A stretch of DNA of 63,623 nt from Negaprion brevirostris (Eukaryota), in the NCBI GenBank assembly GCA_030324005.1, contig JARDVH010000124.1:33183836-33247458 (forward strand). Direction: 5' to 3'. How positions within the stretch are numbered: position 1 is the first letter of the stretch; the number at the start of each line of letters is the position of its first letter. Below are positions 11,241 to 22,890 of the stretch, in pieces. A model generated the notes under the pieces. It made no database searches. It was not told where the DNA came from and saw only the letters and a program-made list of their open reading frames with translations. Made by a program: the position numbers and the translations under genes.

Positions 11241-14200
11241 GAGTTTGAAGGACACTGCCTAAGGTGTCTAGAGATTGTTTGTGGAGTGTTTGCCAAATAA
11301 GTGGGTTGCTTTGCTCTGGATGCTATTCAGCTTCATGAGTGGTGCGTATTACGAGAGTTATTAAAAATGATTCTAAATAAAAACATTCCCTAATTTATAA
11401 ATGTCTCTAGTTTTATTTTTCAGGCTTTTAACTGGTAACCTCGATTTACTTTGCCTGTGCTGTTTCATGTTTTACATAGCTCCGCCACATCCACTTTTGA
11501 CCCCACCTTCTCTTTAGATTGTAACAATTAAGATCATGGCAAATTGCCTTTTAATAAAAATCATTTATCTGCTAGTGATGATTATATTCCTGCACTGTGT
11601 ACTAGCTGTTGTTGCAAATGGTATTTAAGTACAACCAAATCATCTAGAAATGTAACTTACAATGTGACCATTTCACACCACTTCAGGAAACTCTTTAGTA
11701 TTATATCCTTATTGGTAGCTTGGAAGCAATAAAATGGAGAGGTGGAGGTAGGAACAAGAATGAGCCATAATTTACCAGACTTCCAATCACCCTGCCATTT
11801 GCTATTTCCAATTTAATCGTCTATGTCTGCTTCAGATATTTCATACCGGATACCATTGCAATTGAGTCCAGAATGATAGGGATCATCAGTCTCATCTATT
11901 AAATTGCAGGTTTCCTATTCAACTACTTTTACTGAGATGGTATGTTGGTTAGAGACAATTCTTCACTGCTACCAGCTGTTAAAGTGTTAGCCCTCTTTTC
12001 TGTTTCTTATTACAGCTGCTACACAGTAGTAGATAGTAATGCCGAAAAATGTGCCAGACTCACTTAAGACAGCAGGAAATGTTTAAAACTTCTTTCTCTG
12101 TTCTTTCTTGCTTTTGACAGTTTTAAAATTGAACTATTTGCGAGAGTCACAATGTTCTATAAACAGAAGCTAGAAATTAAAACCCTTAAAAAATGATATG
12201 AAGGGGAAGAAATCAAATTCGGAGAAATAAATAATTTATAACAATGTTTAATTGCCTAACCTGCAAATTATTAGTTGGAAATCGTTGCCTGAATTTTGTC
12301 AAAATTATGGTGGCTGATCGGGCGAAATCTCAAGCCAATTCCAAACATGTCAGGTGTTTTGAAAATTTCTCAAGCGTGCATACAAGCCATTGTCATGTTA
12401 TGTTTTACTTAGTTATAATTTGGATAAGATATACATAATTTTGGCATATTGTAAGAACTTCTTTTGAGAACCTAATACTTATCCTTAATATAGTTAAGTA
12501 AAGAGTGATTTTTAGTCATTCAGTTTTTGGCCGAATTCAATTAAACTGATCCTGTTGAAAGGGTTATTTGGCTCCCCTCCCCAAAATCAATCGTACACTA
12601 TAAGATCCAAATGATTATATAACTTGATAAAAGGGTTTAGACAATATTGGACTATTTTAGAGTTGAGAAATTAATGTGATAAATACCTTGTTGCCTATAC
12701 AATGTATATGTATGGATTTTTTGTTGGTATTAAAGTATAACTTAAAATTAATTTGTTACAGTACAATTTGTTACACTGCGCAGTTTTCATTTAGTCATTG
12801 ATATACAGCATACCAGGTAATCATCAAATTATAAAGATTATGGCGTATCATTATATAATCCAAAGTACACGGAGAATACCAAGAGCTGAAAACAATTGCC
12901 TTTGCTCTTTATAAAATAATTCATCTGAACTCTTGTAAATCAGCCTTCATTTCAGTAATGTTTTAATAGTGCATTATTTAGCCACGCTATATTTAAAACT
13001 TAGCTGTCATTTATTCTGCATTACCTGAAGATTGTAATTTTTTAAACAGAAAACCTGTTTAAAAGCTTTTTAGTTTCTCAGCAGAGAGCAACATTTATTT
13101 ATCAGATTCTGGATATTTTCTAAGATAAAAGTCAGCAAGTTTATATTGTTCCTCATGTTTGAATTTGGATAATCAAAGCAGCTTCTGTAAATAATTTCAC
13201 CGACAAACATTCTTTTCAGTATACCATTGCTGATCAAAGTTCAGGATATATATTTTTTCCAGTAACCAACTATACATGCTGTAATCTGTTAAAAGGGAAT
13301 TAAGGTTTGAATTGTTTATGGTGGCATTCAGATATGGATAATGGTCATTTCCTTTATTTTTTTCCCCCAGCTTGTAATAACAATTCCGTAGGGCATTGCA
13401 TTTGTCACCCAATTCTGAACTACATGAGAAAGGCAATACTAGGAAGAGGCTAAGTAAAGATGTCTAAAGTCAATGAAGAATGGTATTTTGAACGGTAAAT
13501 TCTGCAGGCAAAATAAGCAAAGGATATCTTTGACATTGTAAAAGTATTTCAGCAGAGATAGATGGTATCATAGGCATTAACAGGAAAGTCATAGGATGGA
13601 AGTGAATGTGTTTCTATGGAAGCTGTAAATCTGAAGATCAGGGCCACAGGGTGACACTTTATCATCTGAATCATTTGAACTCGGGCCTTAGTTATAAGGG
13701 ACTGACACTTCTTAAATGGATGAAGTACTGGGTCACTGCAAGGGAGAAAAAAAGGTACATATCTGAGATACACCTGAGTAGTATGTCAGCCTCAAGATTA
13801 GCAATCACATGGGTCATGTCTTTTAAAAGCATGATTTATAACAAGCGCTTTCACTTACTAAACTTAATGGTAGGTGTAAAAGGAAATTATTGTTTTTGTC
13901 TTATTTACTTACAGCTTACAACAAATAATAGGCGATTTAAGTCCTTGACTTTCAGATGTTAAATATTTAATTTATGTATCATAGTGATCTAGAAACCTAT
14001 CCACCTCCCCCCCACCTCTCCAAACATTCCAGATTCATTAAGTTACTTCTTGGCAAGGGAAAATTTGTAATTTTTTTAAAAAATATTTTTAAAATGATAA
14101 ATACTTCAGTTTTTATTTCTTGCAAAGGTTTTTTTGTGTTCTGTACTCACTCACTTCTATGTCCTTTAATTTCCGCCAGTGTGATTTCATGTAATCTAAT

Positions 14201-14667
14201 GGCAATAATGAATATTTTAAACCTGAAATTTAAAAGTGCAGCAAACCAGAGAAAATGCTATCATGCATAATGTTTTGCGAATAAAGAAAATAGCATGATT
14301 TAAAACAGTTTTTAACCAGCTCAAGTAAAATATTCAATTTGAGAACTAATTTTTCAGAGTTTTGATTTTTTTTTTATTTTTAATACCAGTTTGGCATAAA
14401 ATAGTTGGTAGACAGTTTACTAAGGATACTTAAACTTTGCATTCAGAGCTCTGCAGAAAGTTTTGTAAATCGTTTCTGCAGGTTGCATTAAATACCAATT
14501 TGGTTGTTTTTCCTATGGTGAAACCTTAAATTGAATCTTTTTTGATCTGTATACTGACTTTGAAATTGCCCTTATCTGTTTACCCCCAGAAATTCATTCT
14601 GCGTTCTGACAAGTTGTACATACAAGATTGTATGTACATATTGATATAAATAAATGCTCTTGTTAGA

Positions 14668-14940
14668 CCATTTCAGAGGTTAGTTAAGAGTCAATAATAT
14701 TGCTGTGGGGCTGGAGTCACATTGGGCTAGATCTGGTAAGGATGTCAGATTTCCTTCTCTTTAGGTCATTGACCAGATGTGTTTTTGGAACAATTGGTGG
14801 TTTCATGCCCACTATTACTAAGGCTAGCTTTATGTTCCAGATTTTTATCAATTGAATCCCAATTTCACTAGCTACCACGGTGGTATCTGAACACATGTTC
14901 CCAGAGATTACTGGGCCTGTGAGATTAACACTGCATCACC
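14668..14940 (-). mobile_element. tRNA-derived shark SINE (same family as 22548-22890 and 30952-31284)
   Basis: Shared core ctggagtcacat..ggtaaggatgtcagattt/cccttc..accagatgtgttttt..ttccagattttt in all three copies. Confidence 0.75.
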
Positions 14941-15456
14941 AGAAGTATGATGATGTGTACGTGATTATGTGGAAGAATTCTCACATTTATGTAGAAGTAG
15001 AAATTATATTGGCTTTGATCAATGAACCTTGACTAACAAAAGTGCAGCAGTGTTGTTTACTGTGTTTCATTGGTGATGGTCCGTGTTTGGTTCCATTCTT
15101 ATTTATCGGATTGTAGCCAGCATGGCCCAGATCTTCCAGTTGACGGATCATTGGAAACTAGCTATACTTCGGAAAATGCTGGGGTCCCCTCGGAAGTCTC
15201 AGCACACTGACTTTATGGGAATTACCCAGAAAATTTGAACTTTTATTAAGCAATTCCCCTGCTTCCTGGGGCCTTCCAAGTCTGGGTTAGGTATAAAGAA
15301 TTTGGACAGTTCTGACTTACTTATGTGGATTGCTATCCAAGAAAAGTTAAACAAATTAAAATCTAATCTAATTCCTGCATAACCATACAATAGGACCCAC
15401 ATTGACTCCTCCTGGGCCCCATTTGACTTGCAACACTACACTGACTCATTCTCACC

Positions 15457-16259
15457 TGTTATGGTTCAGGTCAGAAGTTCTGAAGAGTTTTATGGAAACT
15501 GCCTGAATAGAAAGTTCTGCATCTTGAATTTGTTAGGATAAGCATGATATGGCTCATCTCAGTCTGATTCAAATGACCCACTAGGGAGCTTTTATCAAAC
15601 AAAATTTATTTAATAAGTTAACATGTATAGTAAAAATATTAGCAATAGCTTCTATCGATTACAAACAACACCAAAACAACCATGATAATGTATAACCCTT
15701 AATGGATATAAGAGCTGTCTCAATCAAACCACTCCCATAAACAAGACCCTTCAAATAGGTTCAATACAGCATAGACTAATGCTCACGTGATACTGGAATT
15801 GAGTTCTTTAGATGAGCAATTCTCTGGATAGACTCAGAACAGTTTGAAGTCAGAACAACTTCCCAAAACACCAGGAACTCCAGGCAAGCCACCAACAGCA
15901 GATTCCCCCCTTCAGAAAGGTAAGACCTTGCTTTCAGATGACCAGCAGAATTTCCAAAACCAAGGACAGAGAGACTTCTTTGTAACTTGATGCCCCTCCT
16001 TAAACTAAAACTCAAACTGCAACTCCAAACTGAAAATGAAAAAATTCCTATTACCTGACCTGCCAACCAGTTTTTTTTCCAAATAATGCAGAGTCATAAA
16101 CATCCCAGTAAAAATAAACAAATTGCCTTTTAAACAGCAATAAAATGACATCTCCAGTCAAGCCAGTGCCGTAACGACATCAGCTAAGGCTGGAAGCTGA
16201 GAGAGCTGCAGAGATCATAATTTTAAAAAAAAATCTCTTAAAGATGCACTAACGTCACA
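15457..16259 (-). mobile_element. Probable solo LTR (Gypsy/ERV-like)
   Basis: ~800-bp segment bounded by TGT...ACA, with AATAAA on the - strand (tttatt near 15605), embedded between two similar C-rich low-complexity flanks. A 4-bp TSD is only partly conserved (cacc/gact). Confidence 0.5.
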
Positions 16260-16802
16260 GACTACTATCGCGTAAAGTTCACTGATTCCTACTGACCCAG
16301 TCCATCATCTAAGATCCACTGACCGCCCAACTCTCCAGACTCAACCAGACTAGATCTGACCAGACCTTGACTCACTCCCAATACAACCTGGTTAATCACT
16401 GACTTAGCAATCCCTCCTGACCTGATCCACTTGCCACGCCTCCCATCTCATCCGGCTACCCACTTCAATTTTGCCATTCGTGCATCCTACCACCTTAACC
16501 ACCTGATACCTTACCCCCACCATGTTATTGTCACATCCACCAGCCGCCCTGCTCACCTGCTGCCTTTCCTACTTGCTGCTGTACCCACCTNNNNNNNGCC
16601 ACCTTACCCCCCTCCACTTGAGGGTAATTGCCACTTCGCAGAAGATTTGGGTCCATATCTTTAGCAATGACTTCTTTTCCCATCCCTGCGTGGCCTTAGA
16701 AATGCCTTATAAATCTATCCTTTGAACCCTTCACTTTCTCAATTGCACTCTGCTTCTTAGTGAATCATCAGTAGACATTGATCAGATTCCAAAAGAAAAT
16801 GG

Positions 16803-16957
16803 AAGACTTGTATTGATATAGCTCTTTTCATGATCATTGGAGGCCTCAAAGCATGTTATGGGCAATGAAATACTTTTTGAAGATGAGTCACTGTTGTAAT
16901 GAAGGAAACTAACAGCCAGCTTGTACACAGCAAACTCCCACGTACAGCAATGTGATA
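16803..16957 (-). mobile_element. 3' part of DeuSINE/SacSINE1-like SINE
   Basis: caatgaaatactttttgaagatgagtcactgttgtaatgaaggaaac..cacagcaaactcccac is the reverse complement of the SINE tail region seen at 22935-23080 and 44080-44220. Confidence 0.6.
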
Positions 16958-19900
16958 CAGAGATGAGAGTGCCACCACAAATATTGGGCTACAGCTTACA
17001 CTAATCAGTTAACACTCAAAATCTACAATAAGACTATTACTTTAATAAATGTTTTCATAATGGAAAATCAGTTTTGACCTTGATCATTTGAATCCTTGTT
17101 AAGAATTTACTTGATCAATGTAATTTATTAAGTAAATTGGAATAGATTAATATATACATTCTCAATGACTGTTCATTGGACAATAATACCCTGTTGATTA
17201 CAACATACCTTCTCCATATTCTCAACCTCAATGTATGGATAATTGCATAAGATGAGTTGGTAGGGCTACTCAATTAAAATGTTTTCATGAAACAGAGAGC
17301 TGGTCGATCTAAATTATCACAATATTGCCAGGCTAGTTCCTAGATTATCACCCTAAACTCTTGTCAACCTGATCATTTGAACGCGTTCTGAATCTTGCCT
17401 GTCTAGTCTTATTGTGATTAGCCATTCTCGGGGCTTATTATTATGCATTGAGACAGAATAAATGTTGGGAAGTAACAGATGAGCAGCTGTATAGAAGTTA
17501 TGGGGAATATTTTTACCTCGATATCCTTGGCTGCTGAAATCATTAAAAGGAAACTTCAAAAATAAAATGTACAATTTGATCACTGGTGTGCAGCCATCTC
17601 GCAATTTACCCTGCTCCCTGGCCCCTCACTTTTGTTTTGTTTATAATTTGGTACTTTTATTGGATTCCTGGAAGTCCGCATATACTACATCCATTTCATA
17701 GCCTTAATCTAATCTTTGTATTATTTCTTTAAAGAATTTATTAACGTTGGTTAAACATAATCTTCCTTTTAGAAAGCTAATTATGTTTGTGGTCTCTGGA
17801 TATTTTCCTGATCTAAATATGCTGTGATTGCTGTTTCTAATTGTCCCCATTCTCTCGTCAATTTCAGATTCATGCCTTCTTTGCTTGAGTTGTATCTCAT
17901 TTTATGCAATATTGTTGCAACTTAAACACTAAGAATAACAAGAATGCGAGCTACCATGAAGATCTGCCGCAGAGGGACATGTTATTTTTTGTCAATAAGT
18001 ATATCACTGAGTCAGACACTGCCCTTATTAATGCACCAGTAAGAGATCCTTTGGGTTTCCTGTTTATCACCTGTTACTTCATTGTCACACCTTTCTGTGA
18101 CTATCAGTTGTTCACCTGTAGGCAAGCTGGGATACACAAATCAAAACTTAATTTGAATTTTGGGTATCTTAATAAAATCGTGTTCTTTTAAACTAGATCT
18201 GCACTTTGAGGTTCTGTTGTAGTTACCCAAGTTTGAATAAAGGTGTATCAAAATGGCTTCTCAGATCCAGAAGGAAAGATGAGGTTCTTAATAATAGCAT
18301 CTATTAGTTTTTTAGGACGTAGTATTGTTTATTAGTTAACAATGTACATATAAATGATTTTTGTCAGTAATGGTGGGGGTGATTTTAACGGGAGCGGGGG
18401 AGAGGGATGGGCAGGGAGGTTGTTGGAGTTACGGGTTGGAGGAAATCTCTTCCAGTGAGCACATTGTGCTGCATGGGCCCAATTTACATGACCCAGGTCA
18501 GTGTCCTGTCCTTCTGCGATACTGGCATCAGGACGGGTAGGGCAGGAGTAAAACTCAGTCAGGAAGATGCCAGTGATTCAATGAAGGTAGACTCCTGCCT
18601 GCCTGCAGCATGCACCTTGACCGATTTTTGGAATTATTGATGATGAAATGCTAGCAAGTGGGAATCATGTGGCCTTGAATATGCTTAGACAAGTTTAACC
18701 TTCACTACACACTCATCTTGCTGGATGGGCTATTTAAATCAATCCCAGCAGAGCAAGGATAATTTGTACATTTCAATGAAGATTATCAGCCATTTGTTTA
18801 ACTGTGAGTTTATCACAAAAATATTAATGTATTTTATTTGAAAATTAAAATATGAAAATTGTGCATACTTTCCTATTTGGAGAATAGGACAAAATTAATT
18901 TCACTTTCCCACAGCATTAATAAACTTACATTTGTTCTAACTCTCCAGAACTGAAAGCAACTGCAATTTTATTTTGAGCCTTAAAAATGAAACCAGCTAA
19001 ATTAAATAAAATACCGAGTTCAGGGAGTGAGTCCAAGGCAGTAATTTAATCCTAGGGTTCAGTTAATATTCATAAATCACTGATGCCATCTGAACACCTT
19101 GATTAGATTATAGTCATGTTATTCTTCAATCTTGGGTATCCATTTTCTAATATATAATTCTGTGTTGCTTATGCATGTCAAGATGCCATGTTGTAATAGG
19201 AAATGAACCAGTTATTTTCCCCATTTTCCTCTTGGTTAAATGACAGAAGATTCAAGGCATTAGCTCTTCCATTTTATATGAGACAAGAGGCTAGAATTCT
19301 GCCTATCTTATGGTGTGGGTCTTCATTTCTGAGTGAGGAGCATATTTCTTAGTGCATCTTAGTTGTTCTGAGCAGACTGCAGTAGCTGTGTAACCTGCTC
19401 CCAAGACTCGCCTCAGTAGCATCATGATGACCCTACTGGAGTGGGGGGAGTTGGGGAGGCGTGTTTAAAATTGCCCCGATTGTTTCAAATCAATGGCTGT
19501 TTTAGAGTTTAATTTGCTGGATTTTTCTCCATCGGAATAACGATTGAACAATCAAATTTCACTTTATTTAAGGCATCTTCAGGGAATAGTCCAAGTTTGT
19601 GTAAATCAAGTTGTTTTGTACACTTGAGTTATCTAATGTAGATTAATAAGTTTTTCTATGTTCAAGTCCTTCTCGTCATTGCTTTTCACCGTAGCGTAAC
19701 CTTGTTTAAATATAATTTTGTTTAGGACAACATTCTTAATTGCTATATATTTATATTCATATTTTTGTTACCTTGTGTATACATTTCTAATTATGCCATT
19801 TTTAAATACTTCTCAATGTAATGCCCTCGTGGCAGATGTTGTGTTTTGTACCACTCTCTGTACACCAGTGATATTATCGTACAGCTCAAATGAGTAAGGC

Positions 19901-20355
19901 AGAAGAAATGACAGTTGGTGTAACCACAGTTGATATGTGTGTGAAGTTCAGTACCTTCAGAAAAAATTGAGCAAATGCAAATGTTGACATGACCAGATGT
20001 TCCATCGAGACTGCCCCATCACAGTCATGGAATTTTACAACTTCACTTGACCCAAGACTGGAAAATCCTCACCAAGGTCAATGGACGTTTCTATTGCCTG
20101 CCACCCTGATTCCATAGTGAGTGGGGCGGTAGAATTTCGGTGGTGGTGTCCTAATCATCGTGACTCATAATAGATCCCACCAGCAAGAGCCAAGTGGAAG
20201 GCAAAAACCTTGCTTCTTGAAAGGGCTGATTTAGAAAGAATGAAATTTGGAAAGTTGTTCTCCATCTCCTTTGGTGTACCAAAGCTGGTCCATGAGGAAA
20301 AATATTAACAGTGACAACTAGAGACTAAAGTTTCCACTGACACTGAGGCAGCACT

Positions 20356-20660
20356 TAAGAACATAAGAAATGGGAGCAGGCCATCTCGCCCCTCGAGCCT
20401 GCCCCGCCATTCAGTAAGATCATGGCTGATCTGTCGTGTCTCAGTTCCACATTCNNNNNNNNNNNNNNNNNNNNNNNNNNNNNNNNNNNNNNNNNNNNNN
20501 NNNNNNNNNNNNNNNNNNNNNNNNNNNNNNNNNNNNNNNNNNNNNNNNNNNNNNTCTGCTCTATCAAACAATTCTCCTCAAGATGCCTCGCTATTTCCTC
20601 CTTGATCACGGATTCTAACATTTTACCTACAGCAGACGTTAAACTAACCAGCCTGCGACT
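20356..20660 (-). mobile_element. Young CR1 insertion, centre lost in N gap
   Basis: Intact 3' terminus aagaacataagaaatgggagcaggccatctcgcccctcgagcc (CpGs retained); after the gap the - strand reads RLVSLTSAVGKMLESVIKEEIARHLE. Confidence 0.88.
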
Positions 20661-21139
20661 TCCAAAAACCATTTAATTTTCTCAATGTGCCCTCATTAGC
20701 TATTAATGCTGGGCATCTATTAATATTGGTCTAGGGATGTGGGGAAGGGAGCAACTGAAAGGGTTGAAAGAATTTGGTATCAGGTGCAATGTGGATTTTG
20801 AGAGTTGTATTACTCTAAGGTACAAATGTAAAGTCTCCATAGTTCAGGTATAATTATTTGAATTACAGCCCAAGATTTTAGACCTGAGGGAAAGAAACTC
20901 AGGGCGGGCTTCTCCGATCTCATCCATTCCCACCCCACTGCCTGTGACAATGGAGAATTTGGCGCTCAACCAATACGCCATTCACTTCACTGGCACTGGA
21001 GACTCCCAGCCACGGATGAGGTCGGAAGTTTTGGAATTAGACATGGCATCTGTGGAAAAAGTGGACCTGACAATTAGTGCCATTTCATACAAATGCCAAA
21101 GAAGACACCAAACCAGTCAGTGTACATGTAAAAAATAAT

Positions 21140-22020
21140 GCTGTGCCTTCAGATGATGTCGCTGATGGGCATGTAGATGAGAAGTAGGAAGTAGCCAAGG
21201 AGACCTGGGGGACAACAGAGTCTCAGTGCAGCAGTTTGAAGAAAAGACTATGAATGATTTTCTGGCTGCAATTAAGTAGATGAAAATGGAACCAGGTGAG
21301 AGCGGTCCCACCTAGCTGGAAAAAAGTTGAGAGGCATCAGAGGAGGATGGTGTGGTCAGCTGTATGAAGGTTGCAGACAGATCACAAAGGATAAGGGGAG
21401 GGAAGTTTACCTTTGTCACAATCACATGGAATGTGATTTGATAACCCATTTTGGTACCGTGATTGTTTCGGAAATCTCCTGATTGAAGGGATTCTAACAT
21501 AGATTTCTGGAAAAGATGAGAATGGTAGTTTTCAAGGAGATCAAGGGTTGTTTATGAGGAGTAGGATGATAGCAGATTTAAAGGACAGAGGGACAACACC
21601 TGAAGCGAATGAACCATTTATAATATCTGCTGACATGAGGTCAAGGCGGGGCAAGTTGTATGATCAGCATTTAGTGGGAAAAAGATGAGCTCAGAGAAAC
21701 CATGAGATTTCATAATCCATAACAGGAGAATAACTGGAGAAAGATGAGAGTTCAGGGTGAGACAGGTGGGGGAACATTTCAGAAATTTTGGCCAGTTGTG
21801 TGGTGAAAGGAAGATGTGCGGCTGAGGCAACTGATAAAATTGTTTCAATCTTGGGACGAAGAGCTTCTTACACTCATTGTTGGAAGTGAGGTGGGATTGG
21901 AGAGGACAGGTAGGAGGAAGAGGTTTATGAAGACAGTTTGTTGGGGAGCAATGGGAGATTCAAATATGATCTTATTTCTAGCATCTGGTCTTGCTCTTCT
22001 TTAAGGAGTGCTTTCTGGTG
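21140..22020 (-). mobile_element. Decayed L2-clade LINE RT fragment
   Basis: - strand reads MLESLQSG.FR..H.T and LILCDLSATF (cf. L2 QSGFRP.HSTETAL..LLDLSAAFDTVDH), plus VSPRLLP..LSYHLHA.SDII (PQGS region, decayed). Confidence 0.75.
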
Positions 22021-22094
22021 TCCAGATTGTATTCTGTATGTGTCAACTACAATTCAGTAAGTAGTACTCTCACTTCTGAGTCAGAAGGTTACAG

Positions 22095-22373
22095 TTTTTT
22101 TTTATTTGTCCAATTCAATCATATCAAGTCCAATTCGGTTGAGACATTCCCGATCCAAGCTAAGACAGGGCTCTCACCACCTGTCTTGGGCTTGATCTAC
22201 ATGATCCAAGCTGATTGGAGTAGGTTTAGCTTCTCCTCCAAGGCTTGATCTAATTTGCATCTTAGCCAAAAGGCTGAGATGCCGCTTTTAAAAAATGCTT
22301 CAAATGAAGCTAAAATGTAACCTTAATGACTTCAATCAAGTACAGCATGTTGATACTATACTTGATCTTAGCC
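22095..22373 (-). mobile_element. U2 snRNA-headed, poly(A)-tailed short retroposon (SINEU-like or non-autonomous Keno/Utopia-like element)
   Basis: - strand 22373-22352 GGCTAAGATCAAGTATAGTATC matches U2 nt 19-40 at 21/22. 22282-22259 GCATCTCAGCCTTTTGGCTAAGAT matches U2 nt 4-27 at 22/24. The element ends AATAAAAAAAAA and interrupts a SINE. Confidence 0.78.
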
Positions 22374-22547
22374 TTTAAGTCATAAAATCTACCCTGGCAT
22401 TTTCATGCAGTACTGCATCTATACATTCCATGCTGCACTGTTGAAGGTGCTATCTTTTGGGTATGATGTTGAACTGAGACCCAAACCGCACGCTCTCAGG
22501 TGGGAGTAAAATATCCCAAAGTATTGTGAAGAAGAGTAGCAGAATTC

Positions 22548-22890
22548 TTTTAAATTTTTTTCTAATTTGTTCATACGACATTAGCATTGCTGGCTGGACT
22601 AGCATGCATTACCCACCCTAATTGCTCTTGAGGAGGCATTTAATCTACAATGCAGAGGATCTGGAGTCACATAAGTCAGACTAGGTAAGGATGTCAGATT
22701 CCCTTCCATGAAGGACATTAGTGAACCAAATGGGTTTTTATGACAATTTCATTGTCAATATTAGACTTTTGATTCCAGATTTTTATTGGATCCAAATTTC
22801 TCCACTTGCCTTTGTGGGATTTGAACCCGAGTGCCCAGAGTATTGCCTGAAATTTTAGCCCACTGACAATGCCACTATAGCATCGCCTCC
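22548..22890 (-). mobile_element. tRNA-derived shark SINE, near full length
   Basis: - strand head GGAGGCGATGCTATAGTGGCATTGTCAGTGG..GGGTTCAAATCCCAC (A/B boxes); A-rich 3' end; homologous to the copies at 14668 and 30952. Confidence 0.8.

Noticed and set aside
22259-22373. Functional U2 snRNA gene
   Set aside because: Only nt 4-40 are represented, in two pieces. There is no Sm site or 3' stem-loops, the branch-pairing G is mutated, and the sequence has a poly(A) tail and sits inside a SINE.
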